The notes beneath the pieces are model-generated. The model was not told the origin of the DNA. It saw nothing but the letters and a program-made list of their open reading frames with translations, and ran no database searches. Source: Mytilus edulis (Eukaryota). From it: a stretch of 64,000 bases of DNA. Of this stretch, positions 51,109 to 64,000 are shown piece after piece (the stretch's first letter is position 1; each line of letters begins with the position of its first letter). Location: the NCBI RefSeq assembly GCF_963676685.1, contig NC_092344.1, forward strand, positions 115,196,001-115,260,000, read 5' to 3'. The translations under genes were made by a program, and so were the position numbers.

Positions 51109-53458
51109 AGGTAACACGAATGACCGAATAACACTGTTATTATCCGAATAACACATGTAATGACCGAATAACTCTTCAAATATCAATATTAACACATTTG
51201 AGTGACTTTTAAACATATATTATTGAATAAAATTATAATAGAAGTGTATTTTATAACCTAAAAATGATTTACAAGTTGCAGGTAAGTTAATATTGATCAT
51301 TATAAATTTATGGATATCTGTGTGTATTTCCAAGATGGCGATGGCGACCAAGGAAATCGTATAGAATGAATAAAAGAAAGATTGCATACAATCCCTCAAT
51401 GTGTTCATCTTAGACCACCAAAGTGGAGCCCTCACGCCACGTCAAGGCAATGAACAATGTGAGGGTGTGCCTTTTTAAAATAAAATATGGAATAGTAAAC
51501 TGTTTAAATTAGTTTTTGTTTTAATTTTAGTTAGTTATTAAAAAAATTATTATCTTTATCATATTATTATATTTTTAATTTAGAAATGGATGTTAACCAA
51601 GCCCCTTTTAAACTCTAAAATTACAACTACTAAGATATCCTACACAAGGCACGGGCTTATCTGTCATAGTCCGCGAATATACTTTAATTAGAATTTATTG
51701 TAAACATTTTATAACTACTAAGATATCCTGCACAAGGCACGGGCTTATCTGTCATAGTCCGCGAAAATACTTTATTTAGAATTTATTGTAAAAAAATTAT
51801 AACTATTAAGATATCCTGCACAAGGCACAGGTTTATATGTCATAGTCCGCGGAAATAATTTATTTAGAATTGTTAAAAAATATTTATAACTATTAAGATA
51901 TCCTGCACAAGGCACAGGCTTATCTGTCATAGTCCGCGGAAATACTTTATTTAGAATTTATTGTAAAAAAATTATAACTATTAAGATATCCTGCACAAGG
52001 CACGGGGTTATCCGTCATAGTCCGCGAAAATACTTTATTTAGAATTTATTGTAAAATATTTATAACTATTAAGTAATGCAGCCTTGGTAAACCAAGACAG
52101 TCACAAGCCTGTTAATGCAGAGTGTCCATACCGTAATATAATTTCATTATCTCTTAATGATTAATTATGTAATGGGCATGTGTCAGTAAACAACAACCGA
52201 ATTAACAATATAACAGAAGTAATGATTATTTTGTTTATTGGAACATATTAACTCATTATCACTACTAAATTATATATTTGGTACTGAACATTTCACTATT
52301 AAAACTTATTCAATGTATGAAAATAAAGGAAAGTAGCAATAAAAAAACGTAAATACTAATTATTTAGTAATTAAGCAAATTTAATACATTTTAAATGAAA
52401 TAAGAAATAAATGAAATATAATAAACTTAGTGAAAGATTGTCTTCTTTGAAATTGAAAATTAAAATTTTTATTTTAAACTTCTTTTTCCATGTTTTGTTC
52501 TCTATTAATAATATAAAAACTCAATTTCACATTTATATACCTTATAATAAACGGTATGTCTGAAATATACTTTAAAAAATACTTACCTTTCTAGGGCCTT
52601 GGCCATGTCATACTTGTTGTCTGTAAAGCAGCAGTCCTTACATAGGAACTTTAGAGACACATCTGACCAGGCCAATAACAATGCTTCATCCATTGGGACA
52701 CAAGCACTGTGAACCCAACGATCACAACAACTGCATTGAATGGTGCAATCAACACATTCTTCATCACATTGAACACACGGATATAAAGCCATTTTGAAAA
52801 TGGAAGACAGCACAAATGTCTTCATGGTTTTTTATACAAAATTATAGTTACTTGTAAAAACATTTATATTTGCCAATGAAGTTTTGAGAAAATTTTATTA
52901 GAACAAACATACGAATCATCCATTCAGAAGCTTTGTTTTTATTAAAACAATCAAGTATAATAATTTTTTAATTAAATTTGAATTGAATATGTGAAAATTC
53001 TTAATTACATTTTATTTAATGTTGAGTAAATTGTTATGAAAAGTAATTAGTGATTGGAGTAATTGCATTGCTTTGATGTAATGGTTAAATTTTCAAATCC
53101 TTTCTGAAAAACAATCATTAGACAATTCTCTGTATATACAGTAAAATATTTAATACTATATTTTCATAGCGTTTTCCTTTGAAGGCATATGCAATCTTTC
53201 TTTTATTCATTCTATACGATTTCCTTGGTCGCCATCTTGGAAATACACACCGATATCCATAAATTTATGATCAATATTAACTCACCTGCAACTTGTAAAT
53301 CATTTTTAGGTTATAAAATACACTTCTAATATAATTTTATTCAATAATATATGTTTAAAAGTCACTCAAATGTGTTAATATTGATATTTGAAGAGTTATT
53401 CGGTCATTACATGTGTTATTCGGATAATAACAGTGTTATTCGGTCATTCGAGGTACCG
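51109..53458 (-). mobile_element. Non-autonomous Mutator-like element (~275-bp TIRs, 9-bp TSD) carrying a PHD-finger exon and a ~90-bp x5 tandem repeat
   Basis: TIRs 51109-51388 and 53188-53458; TSD TCAATAAGG; repeats at 51625-52073. Confidence 0.85.
52587..52792 (-). CDS. PHD-finger first exon inside the MULE
   Basis: MALYPCVQC…IQCSCCDRWVHSAC…FLCKDC (C4-H-C3), ending at an AG|GTAAGT donor. Confidence 0.75.
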
Positions 53459-53485
53459 TCAATAAGGGGGTAAAAATATACCAAA

Positions 53486-54065
53486 GAGGGTGGTAAAGGG
53501 GGGTACTGAACACGGAAACACGTGAAATAAAAATCGCAAAAACGTAGCACAAAAAATAAAAATCAGGAAAAACGAAGCACGATAAATAAGATCGTAAATA
53601 TGAAGGAAACAAGTACCAGAAGTTATATCCAGTCGTTCTTGTAGATCATGCAGCCATTAGTAATGAACATTGAAGACCTTGCAGTCACCTTTTAGCATCC
53701 GCTACTTGCATCTTACTTGATAAAAAAACGAATTTATAGACTAGCAATTTGATGGACTTCATTAATACCATACATATTGCAAAAGCAAAAGTAGAATGGT
53801 AACAATATATTAATCAATTTCTATAAGTTTACACAAGATGTGAAGTTTCAGAAGGTATTATAACACACTGACTTTTTAATCAATTTCGGGACCTGCACGA
53901 GAAATTAAGAGCACTGACACGAAGCATGGAAAATAAATAAGAGGAAACACGAAGCACGCAAATCGAGCCAAACACGAGAACATGAGAAATAACACGTTAA
54001 AACACGAAAATACGTGAAATAAAAAGGCCGAAAACGTTGCACGAAAATAACCCTTTACCACCCTC
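53486..54065. mobile_element. Unclassified TIR element (GAGGGTGGTAAAGGG termini); related end at ~38330-38513
   Basis: 15-bp TIR; flanking ACCAAA duplication; CACGAA-rich subtermini. Confidence 0.7.
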
Positions 54066-55186
54066 ACCAAAGTATAGTCGACTTTGGTATATTTTTACCC
54101 CCTTATTGATAGGATCTTGAAAGAAGCTCTACTGTGATAGTCGACTTTGGTATATTTTTACCCCCTTATTGATAGGATTTCAAACTCCTGTGAGTTGAGA
54201 CAGCACAGGCACTTGTTTCTGTCAATCTCTGAATCTGTCATTTACCAATACACCTAATCGCTATTTGACAACCATTACTAGACATCACACATGTTCCTGT
54301 CAAATTTTGACGTCATAATAGAAAATATCTAAAGCCAAAATGGAAAAGATGACGTCGAAAGTTCATGTGGGACAGCTTTTCAGATCAAGTCGTAATAGCT
54401 ATAAGGTGTATGCCAAAGGGGAAATGAGTCTGTTTGCTCCCAAAATACATTCATGCCCATTTGTTCGTCCACTTTTTCTGATCACACTTATTTAATATTT
54501 TAGATACATTCCCTAATCCTAGCTTTGCTTGAATCAATCATAAGATTGAAGTAGCTATAATGAATTGATACTGCCAATGATTATTGAATATTGTTATTTA
54601 ACTCCATTTCTAAAGTTGTTCTTTTTAAGAATGTATCCAAAATATGCAAAACTTAACTGTATTATGAGCATGCCTACATATGTACATTGTACATGTACAA
54701 TATACATGTATTTGAGAAAATGGAAGAACTCAATTTTTCCTTCATTTTGAAAAAAATAACTCAATTTTAACTGTATACATATCTTTCAAGCCCAAGAATG
54801 TTTTACCAACTGTTTTATAATTACCTGTCATTTTATTTCAAATTTAGACATCATCACTGATCATGGACTTGGGGTGAAGGTGGGGGTAATTTTCATTTAC
54901 TATGGGCAGGTCAGTCAGACCTCACCTTTGATCCCTGTAGTAGTAAACATTTGTCTGATTTGTGTCTCATACTTTTAATACTGTAGAACTGTTTCATTTT
55001 GATATATAAACAGTTTCAAATTGGACAGGTTATAACTTTCACTAGGGGAATAAAATGTATCATATATTATAATGTCAGATTGAAGAATTTTTCTCTATGA
55101 TGGAAAAAATGAACAGATAGTTTTCCACGTTTATGATGTTTCTGTATTTTTGTTAACTTGCTTTCTTTCTCTCAGCAGGAAATAAC

Positions 55187-58100
55187 ATGACCTCAATGAT
55201 GGAATCTGACATTGACCAATTTATTCAAAATCAGAAAGCAAAACTTCAACAGGAAAGACAACAGTTAGCAGTAAGTTTTTCTCTCTTTCTTACATAAAAT
55301 TTATTGACTACATTTAAAGATATATACATATGAAAACAATGAACTGAAATGGAACAAAACTGCATGCTTATTGCACATTTATAATGTTTCTTATTATACA
55401 GCTAATGCATGACTGTTAACTTATCATGATCATTGAAAGACTAATACAAAATAATATATATATCTATATGTACATGATACACCATCATGTGGTTTGTATC
55501 AAATTGTAATTTTGTTTAAAAACTTTTAGTTAATTTTAGTATTTACAGGTAGTAGGTCCATTTACCTTCAGTAGTACTTTAATTGAAAGAATTATGTATG
55601 TTATATGATATATCCCTGCTAACCTCTGTCTCATTGGCAGTTGTACCACATCCTCACAGTGTTTGTTATATTACAAGAACAGAAGAGATACAGTGTAACA
55701 TGTAAACAAGATGTAACATATGTAGTCTCATTTTCAGTTTCTTTTGTACTTATTTCCAATGAATTCAGATTAACCCATAATAAAATTGAGAAATGAAATG
55801 GGGAATGTGTCAAAGCGACAACAACCTGACCATAGAGCAGAAAACAGCCGAAGTCCACCAATGGGTCTTCAATGTAGAGAGAAACTCCCGTACTCATAAG
55901 CGTCCTTCAACTGGCCCCTTAAAAAATATGTATACTAGTACAGTGATAATGGACGTCATACTAAACTCCGAATTATACATAAGAAACTGTACAATGGATT
56001 GAAGTTTTTTGTAAAAGTTTAAGGAAACAAGTTGCCAAGTGTTGAAGTAAGATTATAGAATCATCAAAAATGAAGGCAGGATTGTGTGTTTTTTTCATAA
56101 GTAATTTTTGCAGATAAAGGCTTATATTATCAGAAACAGGCACTAAACTGGATTCCCCATCAGTTAATCAGCACATATTTTTTTTACCTACAATGGAGAA
56201 GTATTTTCACTTTTCTTTCTGAAAGTTTCATTTTCTCTTTGTATAATGTAAGTAAAAACATAATTGACTGTACAAACCCTGAGATACTGTAATTAATACT
56301 CAAAACAAGTCAACATAATCATTATTATAAGTACTTTTTCTTTGATATTCCATGTTATAGTATACATGTAGATGTGATTGATTGCTCATAAATGAAAAAG
56401 AAGATTTGCCTTTGTTTTATTTTGGTTCATAATAATCACATGTAATGCTACATTTATCCCCTATCCATGACTTCTTTTAATTCATACTTAACAAAATGTT
56501 TAGACAAATTACTTGTGTTGTTGTTAGGATGATGAAAGAGGTGAAAGGGTAGGGCGTAGACAGTGGGATGATCCTGGACAAGAGACACAATATGCTGAAC
56601 AGGTACGATGCTGTGTCACTATTTTGTCTGTTTGCACTGTTGTTGTTAACTGATTGTATTGTACTCTATATTTTTTTATTTATATATTTATATTTCTTAG
56701 TATGATACTTCTTAGTATGTTGTTGTTTCAGTAAATAGATGATGTGTCAACTCAGGGTCCTTTTAATGTTACTTTTATTTTTAATACATTAACACACAAA
56801 GTTGTACACAAAAAATATAAAAAAATGTCAGGATTCTTATTATATATGCATCTATTTATACAATGTATATATTAACAGGAAATGCAAGACTTCTGGATTG
56901 ATTGGTCAAATAAATCTTAAAACTGAATTTGCATGTTCAAAATTTCACAATTTTGCAGGAACTGTTGGATTTATGTTTAATTAACATTTATACTAATAAT
57001 AAACCGCTGTACTTTGGGGTTAAAACTAGGTTAAAACTATATCCTTTTCATGTGTTAATAATGCTGCCCTGAAATGACAGTAAAATAATTGAAATTGCAA
57101 AATTTCTACAAATTTTGTTTGCTTACTTTGCAATTGCTAATTGAGGAATACTTCGAAAGGGTATTCGAGTCTGATATGCTTTTGTGTTTAACTGCTTACT
57201 GGCATTTTTTAGGAATGTGAGGAGAAAGTTATGCTCTATGTTAGTTTAATCAGAATGCTCCTGCAAACATCCTATTTCAAGAAATGTTTCATCACTTGAA
57301 TAAAGAAATGTGAGAATTAAAGAGAAATAATGATACCAAAAAGTATTCTATTTTCTTTTATTAAATTTAGGACGATATAAGCCAACAAACATTTCCCTCT
57401 GCACCTCAATTTTATATTCAACTGTTTATAAAGAAAATGAGGCTTTATGACTAAGAGTAATATAAAGTTGTTGGCAAAGAGTTGATTTAGAATCTGTTCT
57501 ATAAAAACAAGCTTATCAATTCTTAACAAAAGGTATTTCTTTAATCTGGAGCTCATGGTAACAAATGGATGAAAAATTTTGATTTGTATGATACAGGTTT
57601 TCATGTCCTACAAATAAGAGGACATATTACAGTCTGTGCCAGACTGTTTTAGGGTTTGTCTGACCAAAAGAGAAATTTGGACTTTTCTACTATGTCCTAC
57701 AAATAAGAGGACATATTACAGTCTGTGCCAGACTGTTTTAGGGTTTGTCTGACCAAAAGAGAAATTTGGACTTTTCTACTATATATGCAACATAAATATC
57801 TTTAAACTTCTGTCTGACCGAATGATTTTTTGTCTGACATTTTGTCAGTCAGACAGAGTTTGGGATACACTGATATTAAGATGTTTTCTTCTCAAACAGA
57901 TTTAAAGCAGAGTAAGGGAGGTATTTCAAACACTGCATTTGAATTACCTTTCTTACACTGCTTCTAAATTATGTGTAAAGAAATGTTGTATTGTTTTAAG
58001 GTGATTAGCTGTCAATTTATTTTTAGACGTTACTATTTTAAAAATGCTGAAGAAGGTCATTTAATTTTAGACATGATTATGTACCGGTATGTCATTTTCT

Positions 58101-61100
58101 ATTTTAAGACTTTTATGATATATTTAAATGGGTTATTATGGTTGCAAACTCCATTGGAAATTTGAATTGAAATTATGACCATATCTTGAGGGAAAATTTT
58201 TTTTTTTTGGAAAAAAGGGGGGATAATTTGTTCTCAAGATTTTATAAATTAAAAAGAAAATTTCTTCAAATATTATATTTTTTTGTAGGGGGAATGTCAA
58301 TTCACAACAGCATAGTGTATTGCTCAAAAACAAAATGATTGAATATAAATTCAAATCACATAACCAATTCAAGTTCTTTGTCTACAGTTATTCTGTGTCA
58401 GAAACCTATTATGTGTCAAATATTTAATTACAATCCAAATTCAGACCTGTATCAAGTGTGAATATTGTGTCCATTTTTGCCCCAAGTGTTCAGGGTTGGA
58501 GCTCTGCGGTCATATCCAGCTGCACTCGGCGAATTTATTTATTCTAATTTACTAAGTAACTTCATTTTGTGCATGTATCAGCATGAAAATTAAGTGTATA
58601 CATATAATTGTGTAAAGCACATTTGAATACCCTTTTGTTATATTTGCCTCTCGTTTAATATGAAATATTTTCTTATTGTGTCTTTATATTTAAACAAGTA
58701 AATACGATTGCATAATTTGTATGACTGACAATGAATTATATCTTGTTATTAGAAAGTAAATATATTGAAGTCACCAGAATTGAGAATCCCGTTAAGTAGC
58801 GAATCAGCTGGTTCAGAACAACACAACCAAACAAGTGACAATAAGGTGAACTCAAGATCTGTTTGGACTTACTAGGGTCACATATATTGTATTTGGATGA
58901 TGTGTTTGCAAACTTGGTGTATATCTATATAAAAGATACCATGCATGTTAAAGTTTGAACTGCTTTTTTATGAGGTTTATTGGGAAATTGCTTTTTTTTC
59001 CTTTACATATAGTAAATGTTTCCGAGGCACTTTATTATGAATGGTACATGTACATTGTAGAAACTTGCAGTGGCTGCTAATTTCCTACATGTAGCTTTGG
59101 TGATTTCAGGATATAGATTGAATTAAGAAAATTAAAATGTTACAACGCTTATTGTAATGTTTATTGTAGTAAACAAAGGGATATTAGTTGAAGAAGACCC
59201 CTTTTAATAAGTAAATTTTAGCAAACTAAAGTTTCTTTGGTTTCAATCAATTTTGTACTTAAAAATTTGACAACTGATTAATTAGTTGATTCTTCATCTC
59301 AATCTTAAATTAGAATATATATAGCCAGTCCTGGTCTTTTCAATATTATTATTTGTGTCTAAACTAACAGAGTACCAATCCTCCTAAGACTGCACCAAGG
59401 TCCAACACTACTCAACGTAAAACAACACCAGAAGCAGGCCTTAACAAACTAGGAAAATATGAGGAGAAAAGAAAACAACTTATTGAACAAAGAACAGAAG
59501 AATATAAAGCTATCCAGAACCAGGTACACAAAACAGGATGTGAATACACAATGTATGTGTGTTCAACCACAACCATGTGTTAGGGTAGTGTGGATATTGG
59601 CAATGTACGGAAGTGGTTTGCACAAAATTTGAGAATGTTTTGCTATAAATATAATCTCTGTTGGGTACCTGTTTGTATGATTTATTGTGCATATTTATTT
59701 TGTAATGCACTGAAGTTTTATTTCGTATTACATGTTAGAATTGCACTGAAATGTTATTTTGGTATGGTATTACATGTTACAGTTACTCCCTAAGAGGACT
59801 ATTATGGTCAGGAGTCATACATTACCAGATCCCAAGTCAATGAGGGAGTTTGAGTATAAAGATGCTAGAAAGGAGCTGATGAAGGAAAGAAGGAAGGATT
59901 ATGAGGAATATCTAAGGACCTATCATCATGATCTCATACCATTATTATCCACACCAGCGAACTCCTCCCCACAAACCAGGCGTTACAACAGGCGACATAG
60001 TCCATCTCTACATTACCCAATGCTACCTCACTTTTCATTTGATCAGTTTAGGGACAAGAGCTCAGAGGTAATGTGTTGAATGTATCATAACAGTGTCCAA
60101 AGGATTAACTGATAGCATGAGATCAAAATGACAGTACAGCCATCTTAACAGTGTCCAATGGCTTGTGATAGCATGAAATAATATTGACAGCACAACTTTA
60201 TCTGCCTGCATTAAACCTGTTTATAATGGCATGCAATATACAGGATTTAAGTTTCCATAACCAGAGGACTTGTTTGGAGGCTTACAAACTGACAGCATGA
60301 AGTGATATTAACAATCTGCAAAGGAGATGAGATAACAATCAGCAAAATGTAAATAAAACAAAACAGATTTGAAGTAGAAATTATGGTTCAAAAGGCCATT
60401 AAATAATGCTGACTATTTATAATAACTATGTAGCATGACTGTCTTTAATTAATGTTTTAGTAACAGCATGTGATGTACATGTATTATATTCCAGATGAAT
60501 TGACTAATTCTCGACTAATATTGTACCATGTAATGTATATTGTTGTTATGATAATGTTTTAAATGCCTATGTACAGAATTGTTTTGTTGTTAAATTTTTT
60601 TTAATTGCTATATACATTTAGAGGCCATATATATGTTAAGTTAGTATTTGAGTTTAGTTAAGTTTTGAGGAAAAATATATATTTGCAGGAATTTTAAATG
60701 TAGGAAGTAGACTCAAGTTCTGTTACCCATGTCATTTTTAAATTAACAATAAACCTCACATTATTTTGCTATACAGAAGACAAATGAATCGCCACGTAAA
60801 CCTGAAGTTGATTACAAAGAGTGGGAGCTCTCCTTCCAAAAAGAAAAACAAAGAGACTATAATCAATATTTAGAACAGGTACTATCATTGTTTATATAAG
60901 TTATACAACAAACAAATGGTTTTGATATCAAAGTTAATAAGAAATTAAAATTCCTAAAGCAGTTGATATAGTTTTCAAAGTATAACAGTATAATTGTTTT
61001 ACCTGAATAAAGTACTGTTTTTATGCATTAAGTAAATTTTTTAAGTTAAGAATTAGCTATAATATTTTTTGTAAATATATAGAAATTGAAACAATTATTG

Positions 61101-62373
61101 TAAAAATGACTAATCTGTTTCCACTTCATTAGAGAAAACGTAGAACAAGAAAACAACCTACCCCTCCTGGGTCAGGTTTAAAGTTTGGGGAGTTTGAGGA
61201 ATATCGTAAAAAGATTGACCGACAACGCAAACAAGATTACAAGGAAGAGCTAGAAAAGGTAGAGCCCAAAAAGCTGTCATTTAACGTATAAAGGTCTACA
61301 CAAAATTTCTACTAAGTTGTTTTATAAAATTGATAACCATCAAAACTTATGGTAGAAAGGTCACTTTTTTAAGGTATTGGCATGATTATTTAATAATAAA
61401 TTTGATTAAGATTTAAATTTACATGAAGGAAAAAGAGGAAAATTTCACAAATTTAGATAAAATTATGACCACCTTGCTATTTTTTTTTAAAGTTTAGACT
61501 AATTGTGATGTTGGAATTTTTGCCATGCACATTTTATTAAAAAGTTAACTTACATATAACTGTTGACCAAAAGAATTACTGATAAGTGTTGTCTGTGTAA
61601 TTCTTCTAGCAACAGACAGAGCAAATGATGTTAAAAGCACAAAGAGATTATAATACAGTTCCCTATGTACAAACTTCTCCTCGTTTTGATCCTTCCAAAG
61701 AAAAACTAGACCACGAAATAAGTGACAGGATAATGAACCAGAAGTTTAAAGAATTTGATAAAATGATGGCGCTCAATAAGACACATGACCAGCATGTACA
61801 TGTAGATAAAAGAAGGACAGAACGTCCACCGCCAAGACCACAAGATAAGGTTGTACCAGAAGAGCAGGTACTTATAAATCCTGCCCTATAGACCTATACC
61901 ATACAGATGTCAAACGTAGAATAGACTAACACAGGCCACACAACTTTAGTAGTGCTGAACATTCCCACATAGCTTTTTCAGATATTTGTAATTTTAAAGA
62001 AAAAATCTTGTGTTGCAATAATAAAAAAAGAGTATGTTGTATGAGTGTAAAAGAAATATGTCTTTTAATTTTCATGAATTATTGAAGAAATAGAGTTGTA
62101 ATTTATTGATAGAAGTTTGAAGCACTTTATATTTTATTTGAAAATATCACCTTGTTTTGCACATAATAAATATCACATTATCACAATTTAGATTTTTTTT
62201 TGCTTATAATTTATTTTTTGCCTTACATCACCTATATTGTGACTAATATTTCTGTATAGACACCAGAGAAGCCTTCAGAGCCTAACAACTATTATGACAC
62301 ATTTCACTATCAGAAACATCAGCAACAACTGAAGGATGAAAGGCAGAAAGAGACGAGACAATTCTTTGAACAG
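55187..62373 (+). CDS. CSPP1: Centrosome and spindle pole-associated protein 1-like, 5' part. Exons 55187-55270, 56528-56602, 58753-58845, 59371-59523, 59783-60067, 60777-60878, 61133-61258, 61610-61867, 62260-62373; continues beyond window
   Basis: All exons are open and phase 0. The N-terminus SDIDQFIQNQKAKLQQERQQL resembles the CSPP1 start (LDEFIEEQKARL, from memory). Repeated G.YE..R.....R..DY coiled-coil motifs. Confidence 0.72.
57603..57782. repeat. Perfect ~89-bp tandem duplication (intronic)
   Basis: ATGTCCTACAAATAAGAGGAC...GGACTTTTCTACT twice. Confidence 0.9.
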
Positions 62374-62816
62374 GTAGATGATGAATGAGTGACTAGTGCT
62401 AGTATTGCTGGATAGTGCTAGAGACATCAATTAATTACATTGTTTTTAATGTTTTTCTGCTGTGCTGTTTTTAAAAATATAACAATATGTATTTATATAG
62501 ATAAGCTATTAGTTAGTTTTGTGCTGTTTTACAAACTAAAACAATGTGAATATATGCTGCACCATTAACAATTTGTAAACACATGGAAACCATAATTGTG
62601 AACATTTACACACAAATAATGTGATTTTGGAGTTTGTTTATCAATGTCTAAATTTGGCCCTGAAATTTGAGATATACCAAAAATTATTTAAAAAAAAAAC
62701 CCGATCATCGTCACTGATATATTTGTCAAAATTTTTCTTAATTTTACATAAGTTGTTATTATCAATTATAATATCAAGGAATTCATGTGAATTTCAGGCT
62801 GTGTTACAGTGAGTTG

Positions 62817-63729
62817 ACTGTTAGTGTTGCTCTCCACCAATTGCAACTCATTCAAAATTTTGACCAAATTGCAATTTGTTTTATTATACCAAATTGTTCA
62901 ACTGGTCAGAATATTGAACAAATTGTTCAGTCAAAATGTGAAAGTGCAAGGTGATAAAATAAAACATACTTACAATCCTATAAGACTTTAACTCCACTTT
63001 AATGATGTTGTGACAAAATTAGTTTATCAGTTTGTATAGTTATATTATAGTCATTTCCATGCTGAAGAGGAACTGTTTATTTTGAATTGCTATAAAATTG
63101 TCCAAACTAAGCTTTCATATAGTTTTTCTTTCTAAAAGTATTCTATATTTATAACAATCAGATATCATTTTAAATAAAACATCATATATTCAGTAAAATA
63201 TGTGTGAAATAACAATATGCTATTGATAAGTTTTCAGGGGAGATAACCTAAAATATTATTCTTTTGAATAAAGACTTTTTGAAAGAAAAGTTATTATCTC
63301 CCCCATGGAAACTTCCTACAAACATATATTGCAGTTTAACACATATTTTACTGAATATGAAATGTTTTAATTCACATAATGTCTGATTCTTATAAATATA
63401 GAATACTTTTAGAAAGAAAAACTTTATGAAAGCTTAGTTTGGACAATTTAATAGCAATTCAAAATAAACAGTTCCCCTTCAGCATGGAAATGAATATAAT
63501 ATAACTATACAAACTGATAAACTAATTTTGTCACAACATCATTAAAGTGGAGTAAAAGTCTTATAGGATTTTAAGTATGTTTTATTTTATCACCTTGCAC
63601 TTGGCTGTGGTTTTCTACAGCAGTTGGTTCAAATTTCTGACCAGTTGAACAATTTGATTTTATAAAACAAATTGCAATTTGGTCAAAATTTTGAATGAAT
63701 TGCAATTGGTGGAGAGCAACACTAACAGT
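62817..63729. mobile_element. Fold-back element with ~230-bp inverted arms in CSPP1-like intron
   Basis: ACTGTTAGTGTTGCTCTCCACCAATTGC... vs ...GCAATTGGTGGAGAGCAACACTAACAGT. Confidence 0.8.
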
Positions 63730-64000
63730 AACACAAACTTCACACATGTTTATTTTACATAGAAATGTGTTGAATTCACCAATTTATGAATATGTTAAAA
63801 AAACAATTCTAGTTGAAAAAATGTGTGTAATTAATGAAAATATAAAGAATGCATGCCTGTATTGGTTTACTAATGTGCTAGTTAACAAATAGTTCATTTA
63901 TTAAGTTTGTTGCAAATTTATAGTATTGTTATTTTTGTTAATTATGCCAGTATTAATATATATTTTATGTTGTATCTGCTTTTGCATGTGTTTTGTTATT

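Larger units (their letters stand above)
51080..54192. mobile_element. P-like MITE (CA...TG, 7-bp TSD) hosting two nested insertions
   Basis: CACAGGAGTTTGAAATCCTATCAATAAGG...CCTTATTGATAGGATTTCAAACTCCTGTG; TSD AGTTGAG. Confidence 0.7.

Overview
AT-rich animal genomic DNA with spliced genes and dense repeats. The repeat families look like a bivalve, probably Mytilus (inference). 1-14.5 kb is a set of nested mobile elements. It holds the right end of a Polinton/Maverick (AGTAGT terminus, small accessory ORFs) and a Helentron/HINE-like repeat. Inside that repeat sits a 10.5-kb scrambled, palindrome-rich insertion built from ~11 pieces of one young Gypsy LTR retrotransposon, bounded by a 68-bp direct duplication. 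This Gypsy carries a C2H2 zinc-finger ORF with a splice acceptor in the env position. Next come a Penelope-like remnant and a selenoprotein GPX4/PHGPx gene (in-frame TGA, SECIS, two candidate alternative first exons, one with an N-myristoylation motif). Further right lie a convergent orphan gene with a Q/N/P-rich tail and an Academ transposon in a probable intron, a nucleoredoxin-like gene, a 19x54-bp minisatellite, a Helitron, several MITEs and a triple-nested DNA-transposon cluster. The window ends in the 5' part of a CSPP1-like gene whose introns are all phase 0.
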